The position numbers and the translations under genes are program-made. Below the pieces are notes generated by a model. The model saw only the letters and a program-made list of their open reading frames with translations, had not been told where the DNA came from and did no database searches. This document shows positions 34,201 through 43,476 of a stretch of 60,506 nt of DNA, one piece after another. The first letter of the stretch is position 1; every line of letters starts with the position of its first letter. The stretch is from Candidatus Thorarchaeota archaeon (lineage in GTDB: Archaea; Asgardarchaeota; Thorarchaeia; Thorarchaeales; Thorarchaeaceae): the NCBI GenBank assembly GCA_016839605.1, contig JAEOTX010000150.1:1-60506 (forward strand). Reading direction: 5' to 3'.

Positions 34201-36650
34201 GCTTCCTCATTGAAACAGACATAGGCATTTCAAGAATAGTACACACGGAAGTCCAGCGTTTAAGAGAATGCATTTTGTTTCTCAGACAAAGAACAGAGGA
34301 CTATTTGGTACCGTTACTTAATGAGATATCAGGAGTGCTTGAGCGAACAGGTGAGAAAATCGGACCAAGTAATGTCATGACATTTTTGAACACGCTGCGA
34401 CTAGTTCGTCAGATACTGGAAACCAACACTCTGAGTAGAGAAATCTGGTGGCGATTATTCCCATATCGTTCCACAGTGCCAAAGTATCTAGCAAAGCAAC
34501 AGATAGAACACCTGACCTCTATCCAGAAGCGGCATCCAGACATTCTCTTGATAACAGGAAATCACCTCTTTCTCCTACTGCTGGCTGCACATGGGCCATT
34601 CTCGGACGTTTCGTTCACAGATACAATTTGGTCATTATGGGATTATGTTCAGCCATGGCATCTGATCGGTCTTGGATTCAGAGCAGTCTATCCCAAGAGG
34701 CACAGAAGAGGGAGATCCGTCCTTGACAGACACAAGCTCCTGCAGCAAGTGCGGCAGCGCATCACCAAGCACAACAGAATGATAGAGAAACAGACTTCTC
34801 CGACCAATGTGCGGTATGGACAAATAATCTCTCTGCCATCTTCGGGAGCAGCAGAGTCTACCTATCTCTGGCTGCTCTTTCAGAGGCGTTCAGGTACCTA
34901 TGACATGAATGCTGCACTCCTGAACCCTAGAGGAATTGATCCCTCTCTCTCTCCTCAGGACACTCTCAGGGAGATGGTGTCAGAAAAGACCTATTGGAGT
35001 GAAAGCGACCTCAACTTGTTGAGCTGGTACGCGAAGCTGGAAGGCAATGAGAGCAGAATCTCTGTGATGGTGGCTAACCAGCAGGGCTTACAGATTCTTT
35101 GGATAGGTGATAGAGAGCAACGAGTTTGGACTCCTGCTGGAAGGATCCACTACACTACTCGAAAATTTGAAGACGTGACCCTAGTTCGAACTATCACCCT
35201 ATCTGCAGACCCACACCTTCAATCTGTGGACTATGAAGATGTGCGACGACCCGTTCATCGAATAGATGACACAGTAGACACAGCCCTTGTGATTCTCAAA
35301 CACGGACTGGCTGGGTGTACTCCCGTTGTCTGTGAGGTATCTCTTGATGTAGACAACAAGATGTATAGAATCAACTTTGCAGAAAGAAGGACTGGCAAGT
35401 TATTTGGAGAACTTCTAATCAGGAGGACGGCCGATCTTGTAGAGGTTCTCAGACGTCCTGACGCTGAATGTGAGCCAGTCTTGGTAGATGGGGAGCGATT
35501 AACCTGGAACAGGTTCAAGGACATATCTTATGCAGAGGATGTTGCTCTTCTCAGACCGTGGGTGGAACGAATGAATCCCTTCACAGGGCTTGCTCTGAAG
35601 TGTCCGCCCAATGCAGAAGCTCTTCTAGACGCAAGAAAGGAGTTCAACTTTGTCTTGGAACTTCATCATGATCCGTGGACCTGCCCATTGAGGCACACCA
35701 CATTGGACGCGATACAAAAGTCACACAAGCGAGCGCAGGCCATGGGTCACCACTACATGTTTAGATACGCTAGTCATTGGGCAGAACCAGAACGGATCAG
35801 CAATGAACCTGGATTACACCACGGGTCGTGCTGGGGAGTTTACATCAATACACCACAGACTCTCACTCCAGAATTATTGACTCTCGTGGATATTCGCCTC
35901 ACCGATGCTCAAGTTAGATCACTACTGAGTCCTCAGGAACTGGTCTATTGGTCACAGGAGCGAAATGAATGGGTGACACACTCGTTCGAAATAGCATTGG
36001 GGAAGAAGTGTAGTGAAGAGGCAAGAGAGTCCTGGCATATCAGAGCATTGCTGAAGGAACTAATTGGACAGAATCTTGAGCAGAAAACTCCTGGAGTGTA
36101 TCTATGGAATCCTGACCGCTGGAAACCATTCTTCACAATCAAACCTGAGTGTGTTGTGATAGGGCTGACTGAGATTGATTCTGGAGTAGAAAAGACACAT
36201 GTAATTCCTGAAGGACAAGTTGCATTGAGAGAACCATTTGAAGTACAGGATATCCTTGAGCGCGGGATGAAGGAGTTATTGGAGAGAAATGGGATTATTC
36301 CTGACAGGAAGATGACAGCAGCAATACGAGAGGAGATAGCAGCCTCTTTAGAAGTCTTTGGAGTAAGAGAGGGCAAGGCAGCAGTGGAGTTTGATCGAGC
36401 TGAGATAAGGCAGGACTCTGTGGGGGGTAGAGTCATCTATGTTATTCTGACATCAGAAGATGAAACCCATAGAATTCCCGTCACACAACATCTTCATGAT
36501 ATAAAGATGGCTGGACGCATCAGCAGGAACGATTTTGTGAGTGAGGTCTCATCGATACTTGAGGAGTTCAATCTCAGTAAAGAAGACATGGAAAGTGCAC
36601 TGAGCGAATGTGTCAGGTTGATGAGGCAGGAACGGATTATCAAGAAATAG
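31281..36650 (+). CDS. giant hypothetical protein (1789 aa) with a RecB-like PD-(D/E)xK nuclease motif set
   Basis: A single uninterrupted 5.4-kb ORF. Motifs: GRGRID402FVL, IAD430LK432SK, Q485LDVY489. The rest has no motif I recognise and no Walker A. The start is uncertain: GTG 31281, or ATG codons at residues 20 or 51. Confidence 0.8.
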   Translation: MANTRYPRSPSRVLTTAFRMAMAITLALARDRASGISRPLYFGQGKRIVGMAKIWKKAKKAYLKTVQNRHPDASVLLRAEHSIRRSFIRILLKTAVRYGNTETKRVKREEGNKGYLNILWDYIGSRIRETVAARYIFSDPVPIEMSDGSSGIGYPGSTRFPVYPVRHNHLPGLDFGDMIRSPLMELARQCMKCGVSIRESKKYIDALLYRLVPFMDYVYTQRRFGRPNYVRDGLKELRIVVDQIKREHGTRNGLRQSITSEVQESLDTEIDIEDTPVQDEIADSIRLEMSQNKKSDDETHFLREAIISARSEGTVIDGLLQVAEELLDNGTLTIEDSEMLLNQAKEQSRRIGSRLHRFVSKNFQSPFNLNGIIYHGTEMAYDNSGLILFSEVSVDGGRGRIDFVLARAKQLPKVDGAPSPVFFEPFLIADLKSKNAFDFDIYGMKSRSIDVNNVVSEFVLERRPLTNEEWESVLSNTPDDYEEKQLDVYETAIIADYQNVMQKDVDRQKKLAKAIIVVDSFQDWKDISESILPLIMRAYDGCVDGTLSEGDFLKHSNRDSNLRIAMKMLSVTRPVTNTVPTDIPVPMSSFSERVVDEKEFILYLTVPGNASSAQSAATIAERWHSLEYVYEHAKRRHRDVYWFDLVGEYNDPILRKKQFRLRYQSEPIQRFFKRRVRMRDISDSVRDFVFEGDSIDTLRNCIHDIIRGSRDPIVVVSGWDNLRRSTPSPFDRYLDEIVATLLQSLPKRCTVLWCARPVPIAQNSTTYSTRCVAPFYQGALLSNFVDTIIWNVVMPPDRTGARMPTNDHERAIFIERAGEALEQSVIKIEPLKGWGARFRPGGRELKPIFHKGGGLSIAQSSWYEEKQLERARGLLPHLSEEHEYNPGPRANFKLDVKRVTSGYGSSEERLPLLSFAPTQVYAQRKGEEDTRKIDVDRRFRTLLSIADIDRKREYREIQLKQNPPMRTTRPPLERFLIETDIGISRIVHTEVQRLRECILFLRQRTEDYLVPLLNEISGVLERTGEKIGPSNVMTFLNTLRLVRQILETNTLSREIWWRLFPYRSTVPKYLAKQQIEHLTSIQKRHPDILLITGNHLFLLLLAAHGPFSDVSFTDTIWSLWDYVQPWHLIGLGFRAVYPKRHRRGRSVLDRHKLLQQVRQRITKHNRMIEKQTSPTNVRYGQIISLPSSGAAESTYLWLLFQRRSGTYDMNAALLNPRGIDPSLSPQDTLREMVSEKTYWSESDLNLLSWYAKLEGNESRISVMVANQQGLQILWIGDREQRVWTPAGRIHYTTRKFEDVTLVRTITLSADPHLQSVDYEDVRRPVHRIDDTVDTALVILKHGLAGCTPVVCEVSLDVDNKMYRINFAERRTGKLFGELLIRRTADLVEVLRRPDAECEPVLVDGERLTWNRFKDISYAEDVALLRPWVERMNPFTGLALKCPPNAEALLDARKEFNFVLELHHDPWTCPLRHTTLDAIQKSHKRAQAMGHHYMFRYASHWAEPERISNEPGLHHGSCWGVYINTPQTLTPELLTLVDIRLTDAQVRSLLSPQELVYWSQERNEWVTHSFEIALGKKCSEEARESWHIRALLKELIGQNLEQKTPGVYLWNPDRWKPFFTIKPECVVIGLTEIDSGVEKTHVIPEGQVALREPFEVQDILERGMKELLERNGIIPDRKMTAAIREEIAASLEVFGVREGKAAVEFDRAEIRQDSVGGRVIYVILTSEDETHRIPVTQHLHDIKMAGRISRNDFVSEVSSILEEFNLSKEDMESALSECVRLMRQERIIKK

Positions 36651-36814
36651 ACGGTCATCATAGTCCATAAAACAGGGCTATAATATACAGCTAGCAGGGA
36701 GCTACTGAGGCATCCTTAGACACATCTCTCATGGATTGATGTCATTTCGCAGTCCGCACTGAGATTGGACATAAAGCTTTCGACGTGGAGCACGCGAGGC
36801 AGCTTGAGTTCGGT

Positions 36815-37711
36815 CTACTTGAATAACTCATGTAGGTGAATCTGATGTTCTCCTAATTTTCCGCCATAGTTTCCTGCAGTCATCTTTGTGATTCCAGGAT
36901 GCTTGCAGACCTCTTCGATGGCAACCTTGGTGGCATTTGCGACGTCTTGTTTGGTCAGACCGTTAATCACTATCTCCTGGACAAACTCGCTTCCTTTTGG
37001 CACCATTGTGTCCGGTACTAGTGCACGAAGCGATGGACAGAACTTCTCATTTGTCGAGGCAAAGAGAACCTTGTATCGTGATGATGGTTTGGATCCTGAA
37101 CCTACGAGTCCTCCGGGGAATGGTGTGTATGCACCCTCAACTTTCTCTATCGCCTTGACTGCAGCCTTACCACTCTCCATTCCACTCTTCACATCCTTGC
37201 AGGTATAGATAATATTCCCGCCGGCAACTCCCTTCACACGACCAAACATATTTTGCAAGACGCAGGTCCCACTCATTCGTGGAATTAGCCATAGAACTCG
37301 TCCATCGATTGGCCCTTTCTTTGTCTGAAATCCGTCTCCAAACAAGGACACCTTCTTTCCTATCTCATAGAGGTCCTTGGGATTAGGAGTATCATCAAAA
37401 GCACTAGCTGTCGGACTTGTAAGGACACATTGACCTAGTCTAGCCAATAGTTGTGGCTCTAACTTCTTCTTTGAGCCAACTGCAAAAATCACTCTGACTC
37501 CTGGACGGCCGTCTGGAGTTTCGTCTGGCCCAAGTAAGTATTCAATCCCAGCTTCTGCAGGAGCCATGATTACAGAGGTTCCAAAACCAGTGGCCTCCGT
37601 AGCCGTGGTATACGCCCACTCCTGATCATAGGCTGTGATGATAGTTCTGTTCATATGCATGCTGAATGCTTCTGCAAATGTGTCCTCAACTGGTACACCA
37701 TTTATCTCCAT
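36815..37711 (-). CDS. ftr: formylmethanofuran--tetrahydromethanopterin N-formyltransferase
   Basis: MEINGVPVEDTFAEAF...TATEATGFGTSVIMAPAEAGIE matches the Ftr N-terminus. The start is set at ATG 37711 rather than the track start 37915, which would overlap the divergent fwdC. Confidence 0.93.
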   Translation of the reverse strand: MEINGVPVEDTFAEAFSMHMNRTIITAYDQEWAYTTATEATGFGTSVIMAPAEAGIEYLLGPDETPDGRPGVRVIFAVGSKKKLEPQLLARLGQCVLTSPTASAFDDTPNPKDLYEIGKKVSLFGDGFQTKKGPIDGRVLWLIPRMSGTCVLQNMFGRVKGVAGGNIIYTCKDVKSGMESGKAAVKAIEKVEGAYTPFPGGLVGSGSKPSSRYKVLFASTNEKFCPSLRALVPDTMVPKGSEFVQEIVINGLTKQDVANATKVAIEEVCKHPGITKMTAGNYGGKLGEHQIHLHELFK

Positions 37712-37847
37712 CGCGCGCACCACTGTGTTTAGTGTGAGTACGGGCAACATTTGAGCTATTTCTTTCTTACTTATTTGCCCAGAAGTCTGTTCAGAGGTTT
37801 TAAGAGGAGGAAAGGATTCGAAAATCGTCGTTAGGACGGTCTGACTT

Positions 37848-38702
37848 ATGGCTGTACATCTAAAGTTGACCAAGGAACCGGATATTCCTCTAGAGGCAGA
37901 CACCATAACTCCCACTCATTTCGCTGGAAAGAGTGCAGCAGAGCTAGGAAAGCTGCCAGTTCTTCAAGGAAACCAAACCCTAGAGCTTGCAGCCTTCTTT
38001 GATATTTCGGGAGAAGCAGGTGCCACTCCAGATGAAACTGAGATAGTTGTGAGTGGTAATCTAAAGGATGTCAAGATGATTGGCAAGGGCATGAATGGTG
38101 GGAGAATCACCGTAGAAGGAGATGTTGGAATGTATCTAGGGGCCGAGATGATAGCAGGTCGGATACATGTCAAGGGTTCTGTGGGATCGTGGGCTGCTGC
38201 AGAGATGGAGGGAGGAAATATCCAGATAGAAGGAAACGCTGGAGACTACCTCTGTGCTGGCTATCGAGGCAGTCCTGATGGGATGAAAGGAGGCAGGGTC
38301 TATATCGCGGGCAATGCAGGACGCGAAATGGGAGCCCATATGCGGAAGGGCTTCATCGCTGTGAAGGGCGATGTGGATACCCTTGCAGGAGTCAGAATGA
38401 AGGGCGGAACAATCATAGTTGTAGGTAATATCGCAGACCGTCTTGGTGTGGAAGCCACAAAAGGCATGATATTCTGTCTGGGAAAGGTGGACTCGCTGCT
38501 ACCCACCTACAAATTCAGCGGGAGTTCTGAGAGAGAATTCACAAATTACTACTTGCGATACCTGAGGTCTCGGAGACCGGACTTCCTAAACGAAGACCTA
38601 GACTTTGCTGAAAAATGGGCGAAGTTTATGGGCGACTTTGCAGAAGGAGATCCGAAACAGGAGATCTATCTTCGCGAGGCAGCAAATCAACACTTGCTCT
38701 GA
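37848..38702 (+). CDS. fwdC: formylmethanofuran dehydrogenase subunit C-like (GXGXG beta-helix)
   Basis: Repeated G.I.V.G.VG...GA.M.GG units (GGRITVEGDVGMYLGAEMIAGRIHVKGSVGSWAAAEMEGGNIQIEGNAGDY...). Confidence 0.85.
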   Translation: MAVHLKLTKEPDIPLEADTITPTHFAGKSAAELGKLPVLQGNQTLELAAFFDISGEAGATPDETEIVVSGNLKDVKMIGKGMNGGRITVEGDVGMYLGAEMIAGRIHVKGSVGSWAAAEMEGGNIQIEGNAGDYLCAGYRGSPDGMKGGRVYIAGNAGREMGAHMRKGFIAVKGDVDTLAGVRMKGGTIIVVGNIADRLGVEATKGMIFCLGKVDSLLPTYKFSGSSEREFTNYYLRYLRSRRPDFLNEDLDFAEKWAKFMGDFAEGDPKQEIYLREAANQHLL

Positions 38703-38714
38703 GGAGAGAAGAGT

Positions 38715-39683
38715 ATGAATCCAAGCGTTAACGAAAAGGCATTCGAGATTGTCAAGGAGATGATGGACAAAAAGGACGAACTCAATTGCGCCGTAACCGA
38801 ACAGGGTAATGGAGCTACCCTGATTGATGCGGGTATTGAGGTGTCCGGGGGAATTGAAGCTGGAAGACTCGTCGGAGAGATTTGTCTCGGAGGTCTTGGA
38901 ACAGTTCGGATAACCCACCAGCACGTTGGAAACATGACGTTTCCTGCAGTGGTCGTCAGTACTGATCATCCAAAGATTGCGACAATGGGGTCTCAATTTG
39001 CGGGATGGGTCGTCAACATCAAGGAAGACGAGGGGAAGTACTTTGCAATGGGTTCAGGACCAGCTAGAGCCCTTGCGGTTGTTGAGAAAAAGCTCTACAA
39101 AGAGCTTGACTATAAGGACAAAGCCAAGGTTGGTGTGATTGTTCTTGAAACACGAACCCCACCGCCTGAGTTCGCGACCAATTTCATTGCTGAGAAATGT
39201 GGCATATCACCAGCGGATCTCTATTGTGTTATGACTCCAACCGCTTGCGTTGCTGGTTCGGTTCAGATCTCAGCTAGGGTTGTAGAGGTGGGTGTGCACA
39301 AACTACACGAACTTAAGTTTGACCCGGATAAGATTCGAGCCGGACATGGTGTCGCGCCTATAGGACCCGTAGCTAAGAACGATAACAAGGCGATGGGAGT
39401 CACCAATGACTGCATTCTCTATGCAGGACGCACCTTTTACTTCATCAGACCAGATGAGGAGGATGATCTTGCAGCTCTTGTGGAGAAAGCACCGTCATCA
39501 GCCTCAAGTCAATATGGTCAGCCTTTCTTCAAGCTATTCAAGAGCTTCGAGTTCGACTTCTATAAGGTCGATCCGCATCTCTTTAGTCCTGCAGAGATCA
39601 CAATCAATGACATTGTGAAAGGCAAGACCTACAAAGCTGGTGATGTGAACCCAGAGGTTTTGAAGCAGTCATTTGGAATGTAG
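38715..39683 (+). CDS. mch: methenyltetrahydromethanopterin cyclohydrolase
   Basis: 322 aa. VNEKA..IV..M......L.......NGATLIDAGIEV.GG.EAG and the overall length match Mch. Confidence 0.9.
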   Translation: MNPSVNEKAFEIVKEMMDKKDELNCAVTEQGNGATLIDAGIEVSGGIEAGRLVGEICLGGLGTVRITHQHVGNMTFPAVVVSTDHPKIATMGSQFAGWVVNIKEDEGKYFAMGSGPARALAVVEKKLYKELDYKDKAKVGVIVLETRTPPPEFATNFIAEKCGISPADLYCVMTPTACVAGSVQISARVVEVGVHKLHELKFDPDKIRAGHGVAPIGPVAKNDNKAMGVTNDCILYAGRTFYFIRPDEEDDLAALVEKAPSSASSQYGQPFFKLFKSFEFDFYKVDPHLFSPAEITINDIVKGKTYKAGDVNPEVLKQSFGM

Positions 39684-39749
39684 TAGCAGGTATGCATTTC
39701 GTGTGCAGATGCACATTCAACAGTAGATGTAGCGCTAGATGGAGAGGGT

Positions 39750-40514
39750 GTGCCATCTGAAGGATTTCTGGGGTCTTTAATAATCATCATCCACATAGAA
39801 GAATGTCCATATCAAGGAGTTCCGATAACTTTGCAGACTATTCTGGATCCAACAGTAATCTCTAGCTTGACAACTGCTTTTCTGTCGTTTTGTCTGTCCA
39901 CGTACTTGTATTATCTGTGGAGAAGACAAGCTAACAGACTCTATACTGACCTTCCATTGATGTTCAGTATAATCTTCGTCAGTTCAGCAGTGAGCCAGGT
40001 CCTTCAGGCGTTGCCTCTACTAGGCATAATCGGAGATTCTGTTGAGATGTTCCGCATACGTGCCTTTGTGGTATTGGTGATGGTAATTCCCATGGTGGTT
40101 GTGCTTCTTAGCATCCTAGCTCCAAGGTGGAAACGTCATCACACCAAGATCACCGCAGCATCTGCACTCTATTGGATTGCTGCTACGTTTCTTGGCACAA
40201 GCCGAGAACAAATCATGACAATGGTAATGCCCCTTCTGCTAGTATTAATGGTAGGCTGGCTGGTCATGTTCACCATAACTTGGAAGACCGGTCGATTGAA
40301 AGAAGTTCGAAGCGACCTCATGGTCTTTGCAACCATTCTTTCCCTCATAAGTCAGGGTGGAAAAATCGCTATGATGGCTATAGGGATAGGCTTTGTCGCG
40401 GACATAATCACGGCGATAAGCGTCATCACCTATACAGTTGCCATGGTGAACCCATGGTACAAACGAGAACAGGCAAGTGCCGATTCTGTTGAAGTAGCAG
40501 CGGCAGTTTACTGA
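39750..40514 (+). CDS. hypothetical polytopic membrane protein
   Basis: 254 aa with about seven hydrophobic segments. GTG start, uncertain. Confidence 0.5.
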   Translation: MPSEGFLGSLIIIIHIEECPYQGVPITLQTILDPTVISSLTTAFLSFCLSTYLYYLWRRQANRLYTDLPLMFSIIFVSSAVSQVLQALPLLGIIGDSVEMFRIRAFVVLVMVIPMVVVLLSILAPRWKRHHTKITAASALYWIAATFLGTSREQIMTMVMPLLLVLMVGWLVMFTITWKTGRLKEVRSDLMVFATILSLISQGGKIAMMAIGIGFVADIITAISVITYTVAMVNPWYKREQASADSVEVAAAVY

Positions 40515-40653
40515 CATCCAATGTTGAAGTAGAGGTTCCTTCAGTGACAAGGAATCTCTATCATCATTTTTCCAAGACTGGTTGTTTTTCGGTCTTTAAA
40601 TTCCAATGATATGACTCTCAACTGGTATCGATACAACTCTAGAGGTATCTCAA

Positions 40654-41589
40654 ATGACAATTACTGAAGTGGCTCAGGAACCTCAAAGCAAAGAACCGAT
40701 TTCTGAGCATCCTCTCTCGAAGATAGGGCTTTTGCCTTTGTCCGGACTCCTTTTCCTTGTGGCGGTTGTCTGGCGCATCGTAGACATCTTTGTCCTCGGA
40801 CTAGGGGACACATGGATAAACATCATGCCTTCCAAGCTCTTCCCGCTACTCATCATAGCAGGAGTGTTTTGGAAGTATAGGAAAGTCGAGTTAAGCTCCG
40901 TTTTGGGCCTAGCTAAGGGACCTTACTTTAGAACACAGATTGTGCTAGGGATAGGCATCTTTGCAGCATGGCATCTAATGTTGAACGTGTTTCCTAAGAT
41001 CATCTATGGGGCCATTGATCCAACATACACTGTGTCCTTCGCGGTCCTCAATGTGGAAATTCTATGGTATCTTTTCCTGTTCTTTCTTACAAATGGCTTC
41101 CTAGAGGAGGTCTTGTTTAGAGGACTCCTTCAGAATACCTTCAGACAAAGGACATCGACCTTTAGTGCGATATTCCTTTCCGGTCTGCTGTTTGGTGTAT
41201 GGCATGTTACTTGGCCATTAGTGAATGGGCTTGACACTGGATTCTCTGTGGGACAGGCAATCTCACTCGTGGTATTCTCAACAATTTTCGCACTATTCTA
41301 CGGTTACTACTATGAGAACTTCTCGAGTCGTCGCACTCTAGTTGGGACCATAACAGCACACACATTCATGAATTTCATCAATGAAAACTTCAAGGTAGGC
41401 TCAGATCCACTTGTTCAGGGTCCAGACTATTTCTACGGTTCACCAACCCTATTGGGTCTGACAATAGGGATGTTCCTCATCACCTTCATTGTGCTGACAT
41501 TCATGGCTTACAGATATCGCATCGAGGATGTACAGAATCACTGGCACAGGGTCACAAACTGGTGGACAGCCATAAGAACACGTGAATAG
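40654..41589 (+). CDS. CPBP-family intramembrane metalloprotease (CAAX protease/Abi)
   Basis: EEVLFRGLLQ, FGVWH and HTFMNF are the three CPBP motifs, in a multi-TM protein. Confidence 0.8.
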   Translation: MTITEVAQEPQSKEPISEHPLSKIGLLPLSGLLFLVAVVWRIVDIFVLGLGDTWINIMPSKLFPLLIIAGVFWKYRKVELSSVLGLAKGPYFRTQIVLGIGIFAAWHLMLNVFPKIIYGAIDPTYTVSFAVLNVEILWYLFLFFLTNGFLEEVLFRGLLQNTFRQRTSTFSAIFLSGLLFGVWHVTWPLVNGLDTGFSVGQAISLVVFSTIFALFYGYYYENFSSRRTLVGTITAHTFMNFINENFKVGSDPLVQGPDYFYGSPTLLGLTIGMFLITFIVLTFMAYRYRIEDVQNHWHRVTNWWTAIRTRE

Positions 41590-41624
41590 GGTCCGGTCTC
41601 CTCGGACCCCACACTTTCTCTGGT

Positions 41625-43151
41625 TCAGGTGACATCTAGCTCCTCAACCTCGCTGACTTCCACCTTACTCGCAGCATGGACCTCATCGGCTTTTATTATG
41701 GGATAGGTGAATGCCTTTCTAACTAAGAAGGCTCCAGTGAAAGTCACAATGGAGCAGATGGAAAAAGTGAGTGGAAAGCCATACTGAGGGGTCAACCATC
41801 CAAAGAGGGCAATAAGAGGAGCTGACGCTAACATGATGAGCGTTGGTTGTAATGAGTACATGCTGTTTCTTATCTTGCTCGGGATAACGTCTATCATCAC
41901 ACGTTGGGAGAGTATCTGGGCAAATCCTCCGAATGCGCTTGTGACTACGAATATAATGAATATGATGGCCGTGGGAATCAATGAATCAATGGGAAAGTCC
42001 AGAATAGGGATTACTGGGGAAAGAGGTGAAGCAGGAGGGAATATGGCCGCCACTACGACAAGAAGGACGTAGAAGAAGAAACCTCCAAATTGCAGAAATC
42101 TAAATCGGGGAATCCAGACTTTGGGTTCGAACCTTCTCGACCAGATTCCACTTCTCTCCTGAGAGAGGGCTTGAGGGAGGAAAATTACGGTCCTAAAGGA
42201 AGATACTGCCACATCTGACAGCAGAAATGTGAAGTACAGGGGGAAGAGCAACAGATTCCACCAGACTGGACCAGTGCTCCACATCACGACCTCGCCTAAG
42301 ATTATGAAGGTGACGAATTTGCTTGACCCAAGAAATCTGATGCCTTCCTTCAGAAGACCTCCATACTCCTGCAGGGATGGCCTGCCCTCCGATTCATCTC
42401 TTACACCTGGAAGGTCATGGACTAGTCTAAGCACAGCAAGAGCAAGGAGAAAGGCAAAGATAGCCTGAAGTTGAAACACCCATGGGCGACTAAAGACAAG
42501 TGCCAACCATGAACCAGGGATTAGTACCAGGGTGGAAGAAATCTGCCACACCATACCTACACGCCCCCAGAACACTCCATACTGCTTGCGGTCTTCATCA
42601 TGGGGCATGCATACTTTCCAGTTGTTGTCGAACCAGGCTTGAAATGCGCCACTCTCTTGTGCAGCTCCAACCCCCATGAGGACATAGATCGACATGAATA
42701 CTGGAAAAGGAGTCGTGGAATTCACCTGTGAAGTAATCCAGAATGCAACTGAGTAACAGAGAAGAGCGGAAGCAATCACATAACGCTGACCTATCCAATC
42801 GCCTATTGCTCCCGTGGGATAGTCTAGAATAGTCTGAGATAGAAGTGAAGTAATAACTAGGACGCCCACATAGGTGAGACCTGTGATGTAGTCACCGCCT
42901 CCAAGAGTTTCCGCGATGAATATCATGTAGAAGGTGGTAGAGATTTGGAATGAGAGAGCAAAAGATGGGAATAGGACTGCCAGAATCTTCACCAAGCGTG
43001 CGGCATTCTCGGTTGGCTCAGAAATCCCGAAGAGACGGGTGAAGCGGGTTGAGACCCTTTTCTCCTCTAAAGGCGCATCACAGTCCATAACAAGTTCGAG
43101 TCTTACGTTCCACATAAGAGGGTTGCTCGGCGCAAACGAGTTGGTGGTCAA
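41625..43151 (-). CDS. MFS-type transporter
   Basis: 508 aa with about 12-14 TM segments. The DYPTGAIGDWIGQR loop resembles the MFS D-R/K-x-G-R motif. Confidence 0.7.
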   Translation of the reverse strand: MTTNSFAPSNPLMWNVRLELVMDCDAPLEEKRVSTRFTRLFGISEPTENAARLVKILAVLFPSFALSFQISTTFYMIFIAETLGGGDYITGLTYVGVLVITSLLSQTILDYPTGAIGDWIGQRYVIASALLCYSVAFWITSQVNSTTPFPVFMSIYVLMGVGAAQESGAFQAWFDNNWKVCMPHDEDRKQYGVFWGRVGMVWQISSTLVLIPGSWLALVFSRPWVFQLQAIFAFLLALAVLRLVHDLPGVRDESEGRPSLQEYGGLLKEGIRFLGSSKFVTFIILGEVVMWSTGPVWWNLLLFPLYFTFLLSDVAVSSFRTVIFLPQALSQERSGIWSRRFEPKVWIPRFRFLQFGGFFFYVLLVVVAAIFPPASPLSPVIPILDFPIDSLIPTAIIFIIFVVTSAFGGFAQILSQRVMIDVIPSKIRNSMYSLQPTLIMLASAPLIALFGWLTPQYGFPLTFSICSIVTFTGAFLVRKAFTYPIIKADEVHAASKVEVSEVEELDVT

Positions 43152-43188
43152 TTCCGTGTCCTTTATCTGATGAAAGAAGTCTGAGGCT

Positions 43189-43476
43189 GTGATTGGAATG
43201 AGAGTCGAGATACGATTTCGAGGTCCTCTTGCAGCTAAGACAGGGATGCAGATGTTTCAAATGAACATAGAAGAGGGTGCCAATCTAGGAATGACTCTCA
43301 AGACTCTCATTGAGACCGAGGAAGCAGTTAAGAAGATTTGGACAGATCCCGAGAGAATGGACCGTGAGGCATTGATATTGCGAAATGGGACTGATATCGG
43401 TCTCACAGGTGGACTTGCCACCGTGCTAAAAGAAGCGGATAGAATTCTGGTCCTGCCTCTGGTACATGGCGGCTAG
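43189..43476 (+). CDS. MoaD/ThiS-family ubiquitin-like small modifier (SAMP-like)
   Basis: 95 aa with beta-grasp length and pattern, ending in VHGG (C-terminal di-glycine). Confidence 0.75.
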   Translation: MIGMRVEIRFRGPLAAKTGMQMFQMNIEEGANLGMTLKTLIETEEAVKKIWTDPERMDREALILRNGTDIGLTGGLATVLKEADRILVLPLVHGG

